The notes beneath the pieces are model-generated. The model did no database searches and was not told the DNA's origin. It saw only the letters and a list, made by a program, of their open reading frames with translations. A DNA stretch of 63,576 nucleotides, counting the filler, from Hausera hauseri (taxonomy: Eukaryota), in the NCBI GenBank assembly GCA_046269625.1. It is 10 parts of 10 records of this genome, joined end to end, with 100 filler letters (N's around TTAATTAATTAA, not from the genome) between each part and the next. Parts side by side here need not be neighbours in the genome. Positions count along the whole stretch, not along the records: positions 7,624 to 13,317 come from JBJURY010205190.1; positions 13,418 to 24,493 come from JBJURY010125539.1; 8 more parts are not named here. One strand, 5' to 3'. The position numbers and the translations under genes are program-made. This document shows positions 12,817-24,593 of this stretch, piece after piece (within the stretch, counting starts at the first letter, position 1; each line of letters opens with the position of its first letter).

Positions 12817-13664
12817 TAGTGTGAGTGAAACAGGACGTCATCTGGCTTCAAGCAAAACAAAGCTATTATAGCAATAACCTTAGCAACAACTTGGCACAGC
12901 CTGAGGAAAAAAAAACTTCACAACATCCAGCTAAGTCAAGAACACTCTTCAGGGAACAGGCGGGTAAACATATCACTATCAGGGACTATCAGAAATAGAA
13001 AACAAGAGCCAGTCCAGAGAATACACTAGTCACAAACCATTCATAAGACTGAAGAAGAAAAGTTCAAATTTACAAACAGGATCTCTTCCAAGACACAAAC
13101 TGATATCAGCCAACAATCTATCAGAATGACTGGATAATGAAGCATAAATTAGACATTAGTTGTAAAGTAATAAACTCATTTCAACAACACCAACACAGGT
13201 GTGTTTACAGACTCATGCTGGGACAAAAAGACTGAACAGTGTCAGGGTATATAATCTACTCAGATTCAGGAAACTGCAGCATAGCTGGATGGACATCACA
13301 TCACTGCATAAAAGACANNNNNNNNNNNNNNNNNNNNNNNNNNNNNNNNNNNNNNNNNNNNTTAATTAATTAANNNNNNNNNNNNNNNNNNNNNNNNNNN
13401 NNNNNNNNNNNNNNNNNCGAAATTCGAATATCTGACTCGAGATCGCCATATTCGACTACCTATCTGTCCCCGCTAATTATAATATCGAATTTTGACTCCT
13501 AGGACCTAAAAATCTAAGGGAATTTTGCCTCAGTTGCACTTCCCATTTTTCCGCTTTTAATGTATGCACCCAATAAAAATCATGGAAGATGACTAGAAGA
13601 AAAAATGAAATAAAGACTAGGATATGTAAGTAAGAGTGCTTAACCGTGATAAATAGAGGTATAT

Positions 13665-16600
13665 ATGATCCAATGTTGTGACGATCCGGAGATGAGAAAG
13701 GAAATCTACCGCAGTGCCGAAATAAACTTAGAACAAATCAAAGAGAAAATACAGAAAGTTCATGAAGTGGCAACAAAGGCGGAAGAAATAAATACAGTCA
13801 GAGAATACACTAAAGATGGTCGACGGCGTTATCGGAATGTGCTAGTGCACAAATATTACAAACCAATACAAGAAAGGAGGGATTTCAAACCATACAATAC
13901 GCAGGCAAATAGGATGATGAAATGCTGGTCGTGCCAGAAAAACAGGTATACAAGCGGGACATGCAGCCTACAACAAGTACGAAGATGTTTTGGTTGTAGG
14001 AAAGAAGGTCACATTAACAGGAATTGCCCGGAAAGGAAACCTATAATATGCTGTGTGAGGTCAGCAAGGACTCATAAGGCGAAATTGCATAAACATAAAA
14101 TGCAACGGATGTCACAATAACAGGCGTGGGGAAGAAGAATGTTATACAAAATTGGACAAGAACAGAAGACAAAATACGTATGTCGACAATTTCAACGTGT
14201 GGGATATGGTCAGAAAAGATATGGAGAAAGGATGAACAGCAGACACGCATTCGTTGCAAATATTGACGAGGACTATGAAGAATCCATCACAGAGTCGACA
14301 ACCCCAAAAGGAGGAGCCTCGACAGAAGTGGGGCTAGTCAATGCATTATATTAAACAACTTCAAAGGCTCACAAAATATTCAAAGGAATGGACAAGGTAT
14401 TGAAGAAATGAAGGAAAGAAGAAAGGAAAAGGTACGAAGGTTTATAAAAAAGGAAACGTATGGGGGCAGAAACGAAGAAGTACGATTTACAAAGTCAAAA
14501 TGAGAGCATCCATGAAAGCAGGATGTTTTCCTTGGAAGGATTGACGGAAAAGAGTATCACGTATTATAAACTACAAGAACGCCCAGGTATAAAAATAAAT
14601 GTACAAGATAGATGGGAAGAATGCCTATTATACACAGGGGCACGAGTGAACCTGATGAGTAGGAAGATTTTTGAAAGATTGACAGATATCTGGCTGGAGA
14701 AATCAGATATCATACGCCGCTTTGCAAATGGTAGCTCCCTAGATTGCATGGGTGAACTGTCCGTAAATGTGGAACTCAAGGGTGTACAGAAGCACGTAAC
14801 TTTCATAGTAGTGACAGACATATCACCGGAAATAATAGGAGGAATGGAACTACAAAAGACTTTTGGAATCGAATTAGGTTGGCTACAGAAAGAAAAGGAT
14901 GAACAAAGATATGATGTATACAACTTAGAAGCAAAATTTGGTCGAAAAGTGACGAATGAAGAACGTTTCAAAAGAGCGAAGGAGATTCTGCGGATAAACG
15001 AAAACTCAATGGTCTTGGACACAGTACGGAATAACCAAGAAGCCTTCATGGCCGACAAGTGGGATATCGGCTGTACAACATTGATCAAGCATAGAATAGA
15101 TACAAAAGGCGCACCAAGTAACATCAAACCGCATAGACAGTTAGTGAATCTAGAAAGCAAAATCGATGAGACCATCCAAAACTTATGGGAAAACAATATC
15201 ATCAAGAAATGTATTTTACCTTGGAATACTCCGATGATCTGCGTCTGGATGAAAGAGAAAAACGATGTCAAAATTTGTCTAGACTTTAGACAGTTGAACC
15301 TCGTCACAGAAAGACAAGCATACCCCATGCCGAATATGATAGAAATGATGGATAATATATGGGGCTAGATATTTCACATCACTCGATTTAGTAAACGCAT
15401 ACTATCAGGTCGAACTAGAGGAAGAATCCAAGTTGAAAACAGATTTTTCGACTAAACAGGGACAATTTTGTTTCAGCAGAATGCCTTTTGGAATAACAGC
15501 AGCTCCGGGTACATTCCAAGAAGTGATGAACAAAGTACTGGGAGATATCGAACAAACTATATTATACCTAGACGATATACTGATCTTTTCGAAGTCATTA
15601 GAAGAACATTATGTAATACTAGAGAAAGTACTAGATTAGGTCAAAAATGCGGGACTGAGAATAAACCCAGAAAAATGCTACATCCTAAAAAAGGAGGTAA
15701 AATTCTTGGGGCACATTGTGAATAACTAAGGAATACAAACGAGTCCCTCCAAGATGGATGCCATCAGATCGTTTGAGAAACCAAAATGTGTAAAAAATCT
15801 GAGAAGCTTCTTAGGGATTTGTAATTGCTACAGGAGATTTATTCAAGGTACGCAACAAAAGCTAAGGCATTAGAACTGATGTTCGGACCAAACAACAAAA
15901 TGTGGTATGGACCGAGTCTTGCAACAAAGCGTTTGAAGCAATGAAAATGGGTTTGGAGTCCTCACCAATAATACGATTCCCAGACTTCAAGAAGGAATTT
16001 TTTCTGGATACTGATGCTAGGTTCGATACGATTGGAGCAGTTTTATCACAGAAAGACAGCGCCGGGCATGAAAGAGTGATTGCATACGGGTCACACGGAA
16101 TGAATAATCACGAAGAGGGCTATTGCATTACACGGAAGGAGTTGATGGCTATATACTACTTCTGTCAACATTTCAATCACTACTTGTATGGAAGAAGATT
16201 TACACTGAGAACGGACCGCAAGACTATTACCTTCATGTTGAAAACAAAAAAGCCGATAACAGCACAATTCCAAACCTGGATAAACTATCTATCAAGTCTA
16301 GACATAAGACTGGAATACGCGAAAGGAACAGATCACGCAAACGCCGATATGTTATCCCGGACCAATTGCGGCACATGCAGCCAATGCTTGCTAATTCACG
16401 AAAAGGCCAAAACACATAAGATCAAGACTCGGAGGATAAGCGCAGTCGATGCAATAGAAGCATATCCGTATCAAAGAGACAGCAAAGAAATTGAAAGGAT
16501 AAAAGAAGAAACCTCAAAGAAAGAGCATTGGAAATATTTAGTAGAAAATGGCATAGTGAAGACAAGAACAGGTAAGATATGGATACCAACGGATGAGAGG

Positions 16601-17583
16601 GAAGGAATGATAAAGCAATGCCGCGGCATGCTATCCCATGCCGGAATAAAAAAGTAACACAATGCATAAGCAATAACTACGATATGACAAACATGAAAGA
16701 CACCATCAAGGAAGTGATTGGATGCTGTGAGGCATGTCAACGAAACAAGACCGTGACAATGGGTACAAAGGAAGAGACCCTGAAACTCTCGGCAAAAGAA
16801 CTATTTGAGAAGATCTACATTGACATTTGCGAACAGTTAAAAGAGACCTGGAGGAAGAAAAAATAGATATTGGCCATCATAGACCAGTTTAGCAGATATA
16901 TATATCACTATCGGCGATAGCAAAACAGGACAAAATAACAATAAAAGACACGGTGCTAAAGATATGGATTCTCAAATTCGGTGCACCAAAAAAGATACAC
17001 ACAGATTGCGGTAAAGCATTTGAATCTAACATATTTAGAGACATGACGGCGTCAATAAGCATCAAGATGTAATATTCAAGCCCACATCATCATAACACCA
17101 ATGGCATAGTGGAAAGGCAATTACGCACAATTAGCGAATATATAGGTGCGACTCTCCACGATCGACGACAAACCGATTGGGAAGAGATACTACCAAAAAT
17201 AGAATTCACATTGAATGCGACAGTTCAAAAAACAACAGGAAAGAGCCCAGTAGAAATAATATTTGGAAGAAAATACATAGCGAGAGATGTCATGGACAGA
17301 ATAAAACAAAACAATCGACAAAGAGTATCGACCCAGAAAGGATACCGGTAAAAAGAGTATTCCAGGTCGGCGTAAGTGTATTAATACAGCAAGAATCGGG
17401 AACAAAAGATAAAGACAAATATGAAGGGCCATGCGAAGTCATTGAGAGAAAACACGACCGACGATATATACTGCAACACCCGGATGACAGAATTCTGGAA
17501 AGAAATGTGGAAAACTGCGGAAATTCTTAAAGGAGAAAATGTAAGGAGGAATTGGAAGGAATATTCAATAAATAAATTTAATT
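13665..17583 (+). mobile_element. Ty3/gypsy LTR retrotransposon family B, copy 1 (5'-truncated; gag-PR-RT-RH-IN-PPT-partial LTR), decayed
   Basis: Gag knuckles CWSC and CFGCRKEGHINRNC; PR LLYTGA (decayed DTG); RT CLDFRQLN, MPFG, YLDD; RNase H DTDA, NADMLSR; IN H..H/CEAC, NGIVER. PPT AAAGGAGAAAA at 17529-17539; LTR starts TGT at 17540 and matches the LTR at 20448. Confidence 0.93.
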
Positions 17584-17589
17584 AAGTTA

Positions 17590-18150
17590 TAAAATAAAGT
17601 TATATTTTAGTTTGTATAGATTTATACGCAACATATGCATTCTGCATTGCAATGATTAATAAAACTCAAGAATCTTTAAGAGAAGCATATGAAAATATTT
17701 TTGAAAGTTATCAAAGAATTCCTGATTATATTTGGTTTGATAAAGAAAGCGGAATAAATCAAAATATTTTGATAATTTAAAAAGAACATAAAATTATGTC
17801 ACAATGAAAACGAAGGAAAATCAGCTTTTTCAGAGCGATTAATAAAGGCATTAACATGTAAAATATGGAAATATTTTGCATCAGTTGGAAATCAAAAATG
17901 GAATAAACTTTTATTACGTAGATAAATTAGTTGATGAATATAATAACCCAATTCATTAAAGTATTAAGGTAACACCTAAAAAGCTTCTTCAAATAATAAA
18001 TTAATGCAAGAGACAATACGTAAATATAATCATGAAAATAATAATTTAAAAGTAAAAGAAAAATTTGATATTTTGTAAGAGTGAAAATTTATAATTATAC
18101 AAATAAATTCGATAAAGTTTATATTACTAAACTTAGTAATGAAATATTCG
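17590..18150 (+). pseudogene. Polinton/Maverick-type rve integrase fragment
   Basis: Manual translation gives YILVCIDLYATYAFCIAMINKTQESLREAYENIFESYQRIPDYIWFDKESG, NEGKSAFSERLIKAL..KIWKYF..GNQKW..LVDEYNNPIH and KFDKVYITKLSNEIF, which match Polinton integrase motifs. Stops and frameshifts present. Confidence 0.75.
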
Positions 18151-18215
18151 CTTTTCATTTTTTCACATGATTGAATTTGTTGCATCTCCAGGTGTATAAA
18201 TGTTTTTTAATTTTG

Positions 18216-18560
18216 CTAACGGAAACCACACCCAAGTCTAGATTCAGCCACAAGTTTATCTGCTATTCTAAATTTTTGTTCGAATTTTTGATCAAGAACT
18301 TTGGTTTCAAATTTTATTAAGTCTTTAACGTGTATTTTTGTTCCAAATGCTCCAATATTCGTGATATCTTCTGTTGGTTTCAGTAACTTTTTCTTTAATA
18401 ATTCTGGCAATTGTTTGCGTGAAATCATTGAGGCTGAGGCTTCTGTATCAATTATAGCCGTGATAGGTTATCCATCTATTCAAATTACCGTTCTTGGTAT
18501 TACTTTATCACCTTCTATACTAGTTATCAGGGCTTCTTTTGGACCCGTTGAATAAAACGT
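18216..18560 (-). pseudogene. Retroelement aspartic protease fragment related to family A
   Basis: ITAIIDTEASASMIS (decayed DTG), IGAFG and LGC; the last two are shared with the contig-1 protease. Confidence 0.7.
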
Positions 18561-19084
18561 TAGTTTCATATGCTTTGAATTGTAATTTTCCATATCACTA
18601 GGATAATGTATATCTATGTAATAGTTAGAAGTGATGAATAACTGTTATTCTATTGGATATTTGTTCCATCTTTTTACTTTCAGAATATCTGCTAGCAAGG
18701 TTCTTCATTTCTTACTACGAATGGTGATTAAACTCCATGTTTTTTAGCATTCGAGAATGAATTGGTATGAGATTTTGCTTTCTTCATTCTTTTATCGAAG
18801 AACATCATCATCATTAGTCATTTTTATTCCTTTGTTTCCATGCGGCATCCTTCTTTATTAATAAAAAGCTAGCTAAGGATGGAATCAGGATATTATAATT
18901 TAAACCATTATTTAAATTTGCTGCATAATTTTTTAAAATTTCAGAAAATCAAGATTTCACAGTATATCACAAACATTTTGAAAATTTTATCAACAGAACC
19001 AATATTTATCAAGATAAATAAAAAATCATTAAAGTCTGATCTCATTTATATCGATTAAACTAAGACGATCATACAGAAATCAAT

Positions 19085-20308
19085 ATGAGTGAAACCTCAT
19101 GGATAAATTACGTCTGCCTTGTCCGCCTGGATAATAAAACAAAACACATTTTAGAATTTGTTTATCCTGAATGTATATTTATTACCGATCTCAGTAAAGA
19201 CCAAATAAGATTTCAATCTATCCCAGATGATCCTCGATTTGTTGACGAAAAAAAGACTTACCATTTCAAACTAAATCCTGAGAAAGATAAAGAATCTCAT
19301 ACTGTCTATATACAATGTCGACAAATTAACTTCAACGATGGTTTCAAATCAGTTTCAGTTTGTTTAGTGACAAATTTTCATTGCCACAATTTCTTCTATC
19401 ATCTCGTTGACATAGCAGCACATGCGTACTACCAATTTGGACTGGATGGGCTGATGAAATTTTATCATCAAACCCGCCAGTGGACAAATCCAAAATTGAC
19501 AGAAATGATTGTTTTACCAACAATTAGAATTGGTTTCAAATTTCTCTCAGTTAACAAACAAAAATATTCCGCAATTCAAAATAAAGAAAGAAATATCTGT
19601 TGGTTGAATCCTTATCACGTACCTTGTTGGCCAGAATTAGAAATAATGTATCCTCACCTACAAACATTATGGGAAATGGTGTTGCTTAACAAGCCCATTT
19701 TGGTTGCGTCCAATGATGAAACCTCTGTTACGAGATTTGTTGAGTTCCTTGGTTCAATAGTGGAACCATTGGATATAAGTAATAATGTGATACCATTGTC
19801 CAGTTCCTATGACGAATTATCGTGTGGCAATAAAATTATTGGAGTAACAAATCTCCATTTGAAATTATTTCTCAAAGACCACCCAAATGTTGTCGACCTA
19901 ACGAAAATGGATAAAGAACCCTCGTTATTTAAATGGATTGGATCATTATTTGATGATGGTCTATTTAAGTCCAATTATGTGCCGTATTTAGACCAAGACT
20001 CGATACTGATCGACAACATTGAGGAAGGATTGGCTAATCACAGAAATGAATATTTTCAATTGTTAATTATTGAAAATTATTTTAGAAAACTGACAAAAAA
20101 TTTTCTCGATAAATTGGACCTATCCATAAAAATGATGAATTGGGGTAAAAAGACCGTTAATTTCAGTTCGGATTATTTCTTTGGCTGTAAAGATGTGAAC
20201 AAAATGCCAACTGAAACGGGAATTTCGGGCAATTGGAAAGAACTTTATTCGGAATTTTTTAATTCTGAAAATTTTCAAATTTTTTTCAATAAAACTCTTG
20301 GAAAATAA
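19085..20308 (+). CDS. DENND6: DENN domain-containing protein 6 (FAM116-like Rab GEF), intronless and highly divergent
   Basis: Intact 407-aa ORF. Motifs WINYVCLV..LEFVYP, HLQTLWEMVLLNKPILV, IIGVTN, YFRKLTKNF and GNWKELYSEFFNSENF follow DENND6A/B in order. Confidence 0.85.
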   Translation: MSETSWINYVCLVRLDNKTKHILEFVYPECIFITDLSKDQIRFQSIPDDPRFVDEKKTYHFKLNPEKDKESHTVYIQCRQINFNDGFKSVSVCLVTNFHCHNFFYHLVDIAAHAYYQFGLDGLMKFYHQTRQWTNPKLTEMIVLPTIRIGFKFLSVNKQKYSAIQNKERNICWLNPYHVPCWPELEIMYPHLQTLWEMVLLNKPILVASNDETSVTRFVEFLGSIVEPLDISNNVIPLSSSYDELSCGNKIIGVTNLHLKLFLKDHPNVVDLTKMDKEPSLFKWIGSLFDDGLFKSNYVPYLDQDSILIDNIEEGLANHRNEYFQLLIIENYFRKLTKNFLDKLDLSIKMMNWGKKTVNFSSDYFFGCKDVNKMPTETGISGNWKELYSEFFNSENFQIFFNKTLGK

Positions 20309-20447
20309 AATTTGATGTTTATATTCGAGTTTATTATGTCATATAGCGATAAAATGTGACTTTTTATTTTAGTAGTAATATTTTAAGTTTCACAGATTTA
20401 ATTGTATAAATTTTGCATTTCATTTACAATTTATCAATTTTGTCCAG

Positions 20448-20619
20448 TGTGAGGAGGAATTGAAAGGAATATTCAATAAATAAATATAATTCAATAAACA
20501 GCCAAGTGAAAGTTAGGAAATTCAGAAAAGAAGGAAAACAAGACACATTTCCCGAGTTGAGGAGATAATTGTTATATAAACTTTTATAATAAATTTTTTG
20601 TGGATAATTTTATTTTACA
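20448..20619 (+). repeat. 5' LTR of family B copy 2 (3' boundary approximate)
   Basis: Starts TGTGAGGAGGAATTGAAAGGAATATTCAATAAATAAA, matching the post-PPT sequence at 17540. Candidate ACA end at 20619; gag ATG at 20669. Confidence 0.65.
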
Positions 20620-20668
20620 ATCATCAAGTGACGTTGAGGTTCGGATGGTAGAGACGCGATCTACTAAC

Positions 20669-22586
20669 ATGGCGACCAACGCTTCAAGAGACTTCCTTGA
20701 GAAGAAATTGATGCACAAAGAATTTCAGAAAGGTGACAACGTGGAAACCTTTATTTGAAAATGCTAGAGATACTTCGACTTAATAAAGATGTCGGAGACG
20801 GACCGCGAATCCGCGGTCCTGTGCCTGTTGGCGGACGAAACACAGGAAAAATACCATCTGATGAATCAGAATGTTTAACGGTACCAAAACCGGTTGAGAA
20901 AAGCCTTTGCAAAACCCACAACGCTGTGCGGTGATCTGTGCGAGGCCTTGGACCACAGAATGAGGGGGCAGAACCAGCAGCCTACTTCAACAAAACCGAA
21001 CAACTGGCGACGAGCATCCTTAGCCACAAAATAACACTGGAAACGCTAACATAAGAATTGATGATGCACTGTTGTGACGATCCGGAGATGAGAAAGGAAA
21101 TCTACCACAGTGACGAAAAAAGCGTAGCACAAATCAAAGCGAAAATACACGACGTTCATGAAGTGGTAATAAAGGCGTAAGAAATAAATACAGTGAGAGA
21201 ATACACTAAAGATGGTCGACGCAGTTATCGGGATGTGGTGGTGCACAAATTTGACAAACCAAGACAAGAAAGGAGATTTCAAACCACACAATACGCAGGC
21301 AAAGAGGATAATGAAATGCTGGTCGTGCCAGAAAGATAGGCATACAAGCCGGACATGCAACCTACAACAAGTACCAAGATGCGTTGGTTGCGGAAAGGTC
21401 ACATTAACAGGAATTGCCCGGAAAGGAAACCCATAATATGCTATGGATGCGGTCAGCAAGGAAACATAAGACGAAACTGCATAAACATAAAATGCAACAG
21501 ATGTCACAATAGAGGGCACAGGGAAGAAAAATTCTATAGAAAATTTGACAAGAACAGAAGCAGACAGAATACGTATACCGACAATTTCAAACGTGCGGGG
21601 TATGGTCAGAAAAGGTATGGAGAGAGGTGAACTGCAGACACGTATTCGTTGCAAATATTGACGAAGACTGTGAAGAATCAATGACAGATAGCTTTGACAC
21701 AAGTGGAGCTAGTCGGGGCCTTATATTAAACAACTCCAAAGGCTCCAAAAATATTCAAAGGAATGTACAAGGTTTTGAAGAAATGAAGGAAAGAACAGAG
21801 GAAAAGGTATAAAGGTTTATAAAAAAGGAGACGTTTGGGGACATAAACGAAGAAGTACGATTTACAGAAAGTCAAAATGAGCGACCTCATGAAGATAGGA
21901 TTTTTACCATGGAAGGACTGAAGGAAAAAATATCACGTACAATAAACTACAAGGACGGCTAGGTATAAAAAATAAAGATACAAGATAGATAGGAAGACTG
22001 CCTATTGGGCACAGGGGCACGGGTGAACGTGATCAGTAGGAAGATTTTTGAAAGATTGGCAGATATCCGGCTGGAGAAATCATATATCATACTCCGTTGT
22101 GCAAATGGTAGGCCCTAGATTGCATGGGTGAACTGCCAGTAAATGTGAAACTCAAGGGTGTACAGAAGCGCGTAACTTTCATAGTAGTGACAGACATATC
22201 ACCGGAAATAATAGGAGGAATGGAACTACAAAAGACTTTTGGAATGGAATTATGTTGACGACAGAAAGGTGGGGAAGAATAAAGGTATAATATAAGCAAC
22301 TTAGAAGCAAAATTTGTTCGACAAGTGACGAATGAAGAACGATTCAAAAGGGTGAAGGAGATTCTGTGGATAAACGAAAACTCAGTCGTATTGGACATAT
22401 TTCGGAAGAACCAAGAAGTCTTCATGGCGGACAATTGGCATATAGGCTGTACAAAATTGATCAAGCATAGAATAGACACAAAAGGTGCACCAATTAACAT
22501 TAAACCGCATAGATAACCAGTGAATCTAGAAAGTAAAATAGATGAGACCACTCAAAACCTGTGGGAAAACAATATCATCAAGAAAT
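20669..22586 (+). mobile_element. Family B copy 2: gag (four CCHC-type knuckles), PR and start of RT, decayed
   Basis: Gag start MATNASRDFLEKK...; from about 21060 onward collinear with copy 1 (13665-15210). Confidence 0.9.
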
Positions 22587-23964
22587 ATCGTCTCTCTGTG
22601 TACTTTACTTCAAAATATTATTTCTGCTGGACTCTTTCCTGTTGTTTTCTGAACTGTCGCATTCAACGTGAATTCTATTTATGGTAGTATCTCTTCCCAA
22701 TCGGTTCGTCGTCGATCGTGGAGAGTCGCACCTATATATTCTCTATTTATCCGGAATTGCCTTTCCACTATGCCATTGGTGTTGTGATGATACGGGCTGG
22801 TATAGCACATTTTGATGCCCATTGACTCCGTCATGTTTCTAAATACGTTAGATTCTCTTTCGATGCGCGGATTTTGACAATCCATGTCTTTAGCACGGTG
22901 CCTTCTATTGTTACTTCGTCCTGTTTTGCTATAGCCGACAGTGATATATATCTGCTAAATTGACCTTTGATGGCCAATATATACTTTTTCTTCCTCCAGG
23001 TTTCTTTTAACGATCCGCAAATGTCAATGTAGATCTTCTCGAATGGTTCGTTTGCAGAGAGTCTCAGGGTCTCTTCCTTCGTACCCGTTGTCACAGTCTT
23101 GTTTCGTTGATATGCCTCACAATGTCCAATGACTTCTTTGACTGTGTCTTTCATGTTTGTCATATCGTAGTTATTGCTTATATATTTTGTTAATTTTTCT
23201 ATTTCGGCATGGGACGGAATGACGTGGCATTGCTATATCATTTTATCCCTCTTATCTGTCGGTATCCATATCTTGCCTTTTCTTGTCTTCACTATGCCAT
23301 TTTCTACTAAGAATTTCCAATATTCTTTCTTTGAGGTGTCTTCTTTTATTTCTTCAATTTCTTTGCTGTCTTTTTGATATGGATATGCTTCTGTTGCTTC
23401 AACCGCTTTTATCATCCGAGTCTTAATCTTATGGGTTTTGGCCTCTTCGTTAGTTAACAAGCATTGTCTGTCACAATTGGTCCTGGATAACATGTCGGCC
23501 TTTGCGTGATTTGTTCCTTTTCTGTATTCCAGTCTTATGTCTAAACTTGATAGATATGCAGGTTTGGAATTGTGCTGTTATAGGCTTTTTTGTTTTCAAC
23601 TTCTCCCATACAAGTAATGATTAAAATGTTGACAGAAGTAGTATATAGCCAGCAACTCCTTCCGTGTAATGCAATAGCCCTTTTCGTTATTACTCATTCC
23701 GTGTGATCCGTATGCAATCACTCTTTTATGTCCGGTGCTGTCTTTTTGTGATAATACTGCTCTAATCGTATCAAAGCTAGGATCGGTATCCAGAATGAAT
23801 TACTTTTTGAAGTCTGGGAACCCTAGTATTGGTGGAGATGCCAAAGCCATCTTTATTGCTTCAAATGCTTTGTTACAAGTCTCGGTTCATATCAGTTTTT
23901 TGTTGTTCAGTCCGCACATCTGTTCTAATGTCTTAGCTTTTGTGGTATACCCTTAGATCAATTT
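22587..23964 (-). mobile_element. Inverted family B block (RNase H-integrase)
   Basis: Reverse complement matches about 15840-17290 of copy 1 (e.g. MTNMKDTVKEVIGHCEA, HHNTNGIVERQF). Confidence 0.9.
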
Positions 23965-24493
23965 TTCCTTTCTGCTGCAGTAGCCAAACAAACTTTTTGT
24001 GACAAAACAGGCAATGCAGTTTGTTCATCAACTATTTGAATTAGAATTGTATCCTGCATTGGACATTGCAATTGGTTGTCATTTGGACTTTCCATTAGTT
24101 TGAATTTAAGACAAACTGTAAAATTGTTTCATCCCAAAGCAAAGACACATTTTGTATCCATCATTTCCATTTGAATGAAATGATGGACTGTATTCACATT
24201 TCCAATTTTTATATTTGTCATCAATTCCTTCAATCCGCCAAGTCAAATCATTCTGTCCAGTCATTGCAACCATAAATTTGTCCATCCTAACTCGTCCATC
24301 AGTCTACAACAGTCAAATCAAACAACAAATAAACAAATCACCTCCATCTGCCTGTACTCGTCCATTTTCCACGTCAAATTAGCCACATCCATCTGCCATT
24401 TCCTCTCATCATTTTTTCCTTTCATTTCAATTTTCTCCATCCGACTCAACACAGTCGCCAATTTCCCCTACAAATTCCTGCATTATCGTCATC
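23965..24493 (-). pseudogene. TRAF-like protein (coiled coil plus MATH domain), frameshifted and cut by the gypsy block
   Basis: LTWRIEG..YSPSFHSNGNDGYKMCLC and, after a frameshift, VCLKFKLMESPNDNQLQCPMQDTILIQIVDEQ match TRAF MATH motifs. 38-nt GT-AG intron at 24304-24341. Confidence 0.7.
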
Positions 24494-24593
24494 NNNNNNN
24501 NNNNNNNNNNNNNNNNNNNNNNNNNNNNNNNNNNNNNTTAATTAATTAANNNNNNNNNNNNNNNNNNNNNNNNNNNNNNNNNNNNNNNNNNNN

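Noticed and set aside
14564-15328. 254-aa antisense ORF over family B pol (similarly 2312..2749 and 21046..21702)
   Set aside because: Shadow ORFs of A-rich coding sequence; they have no motifs and are not preserved at full length in the second copy where one exists.
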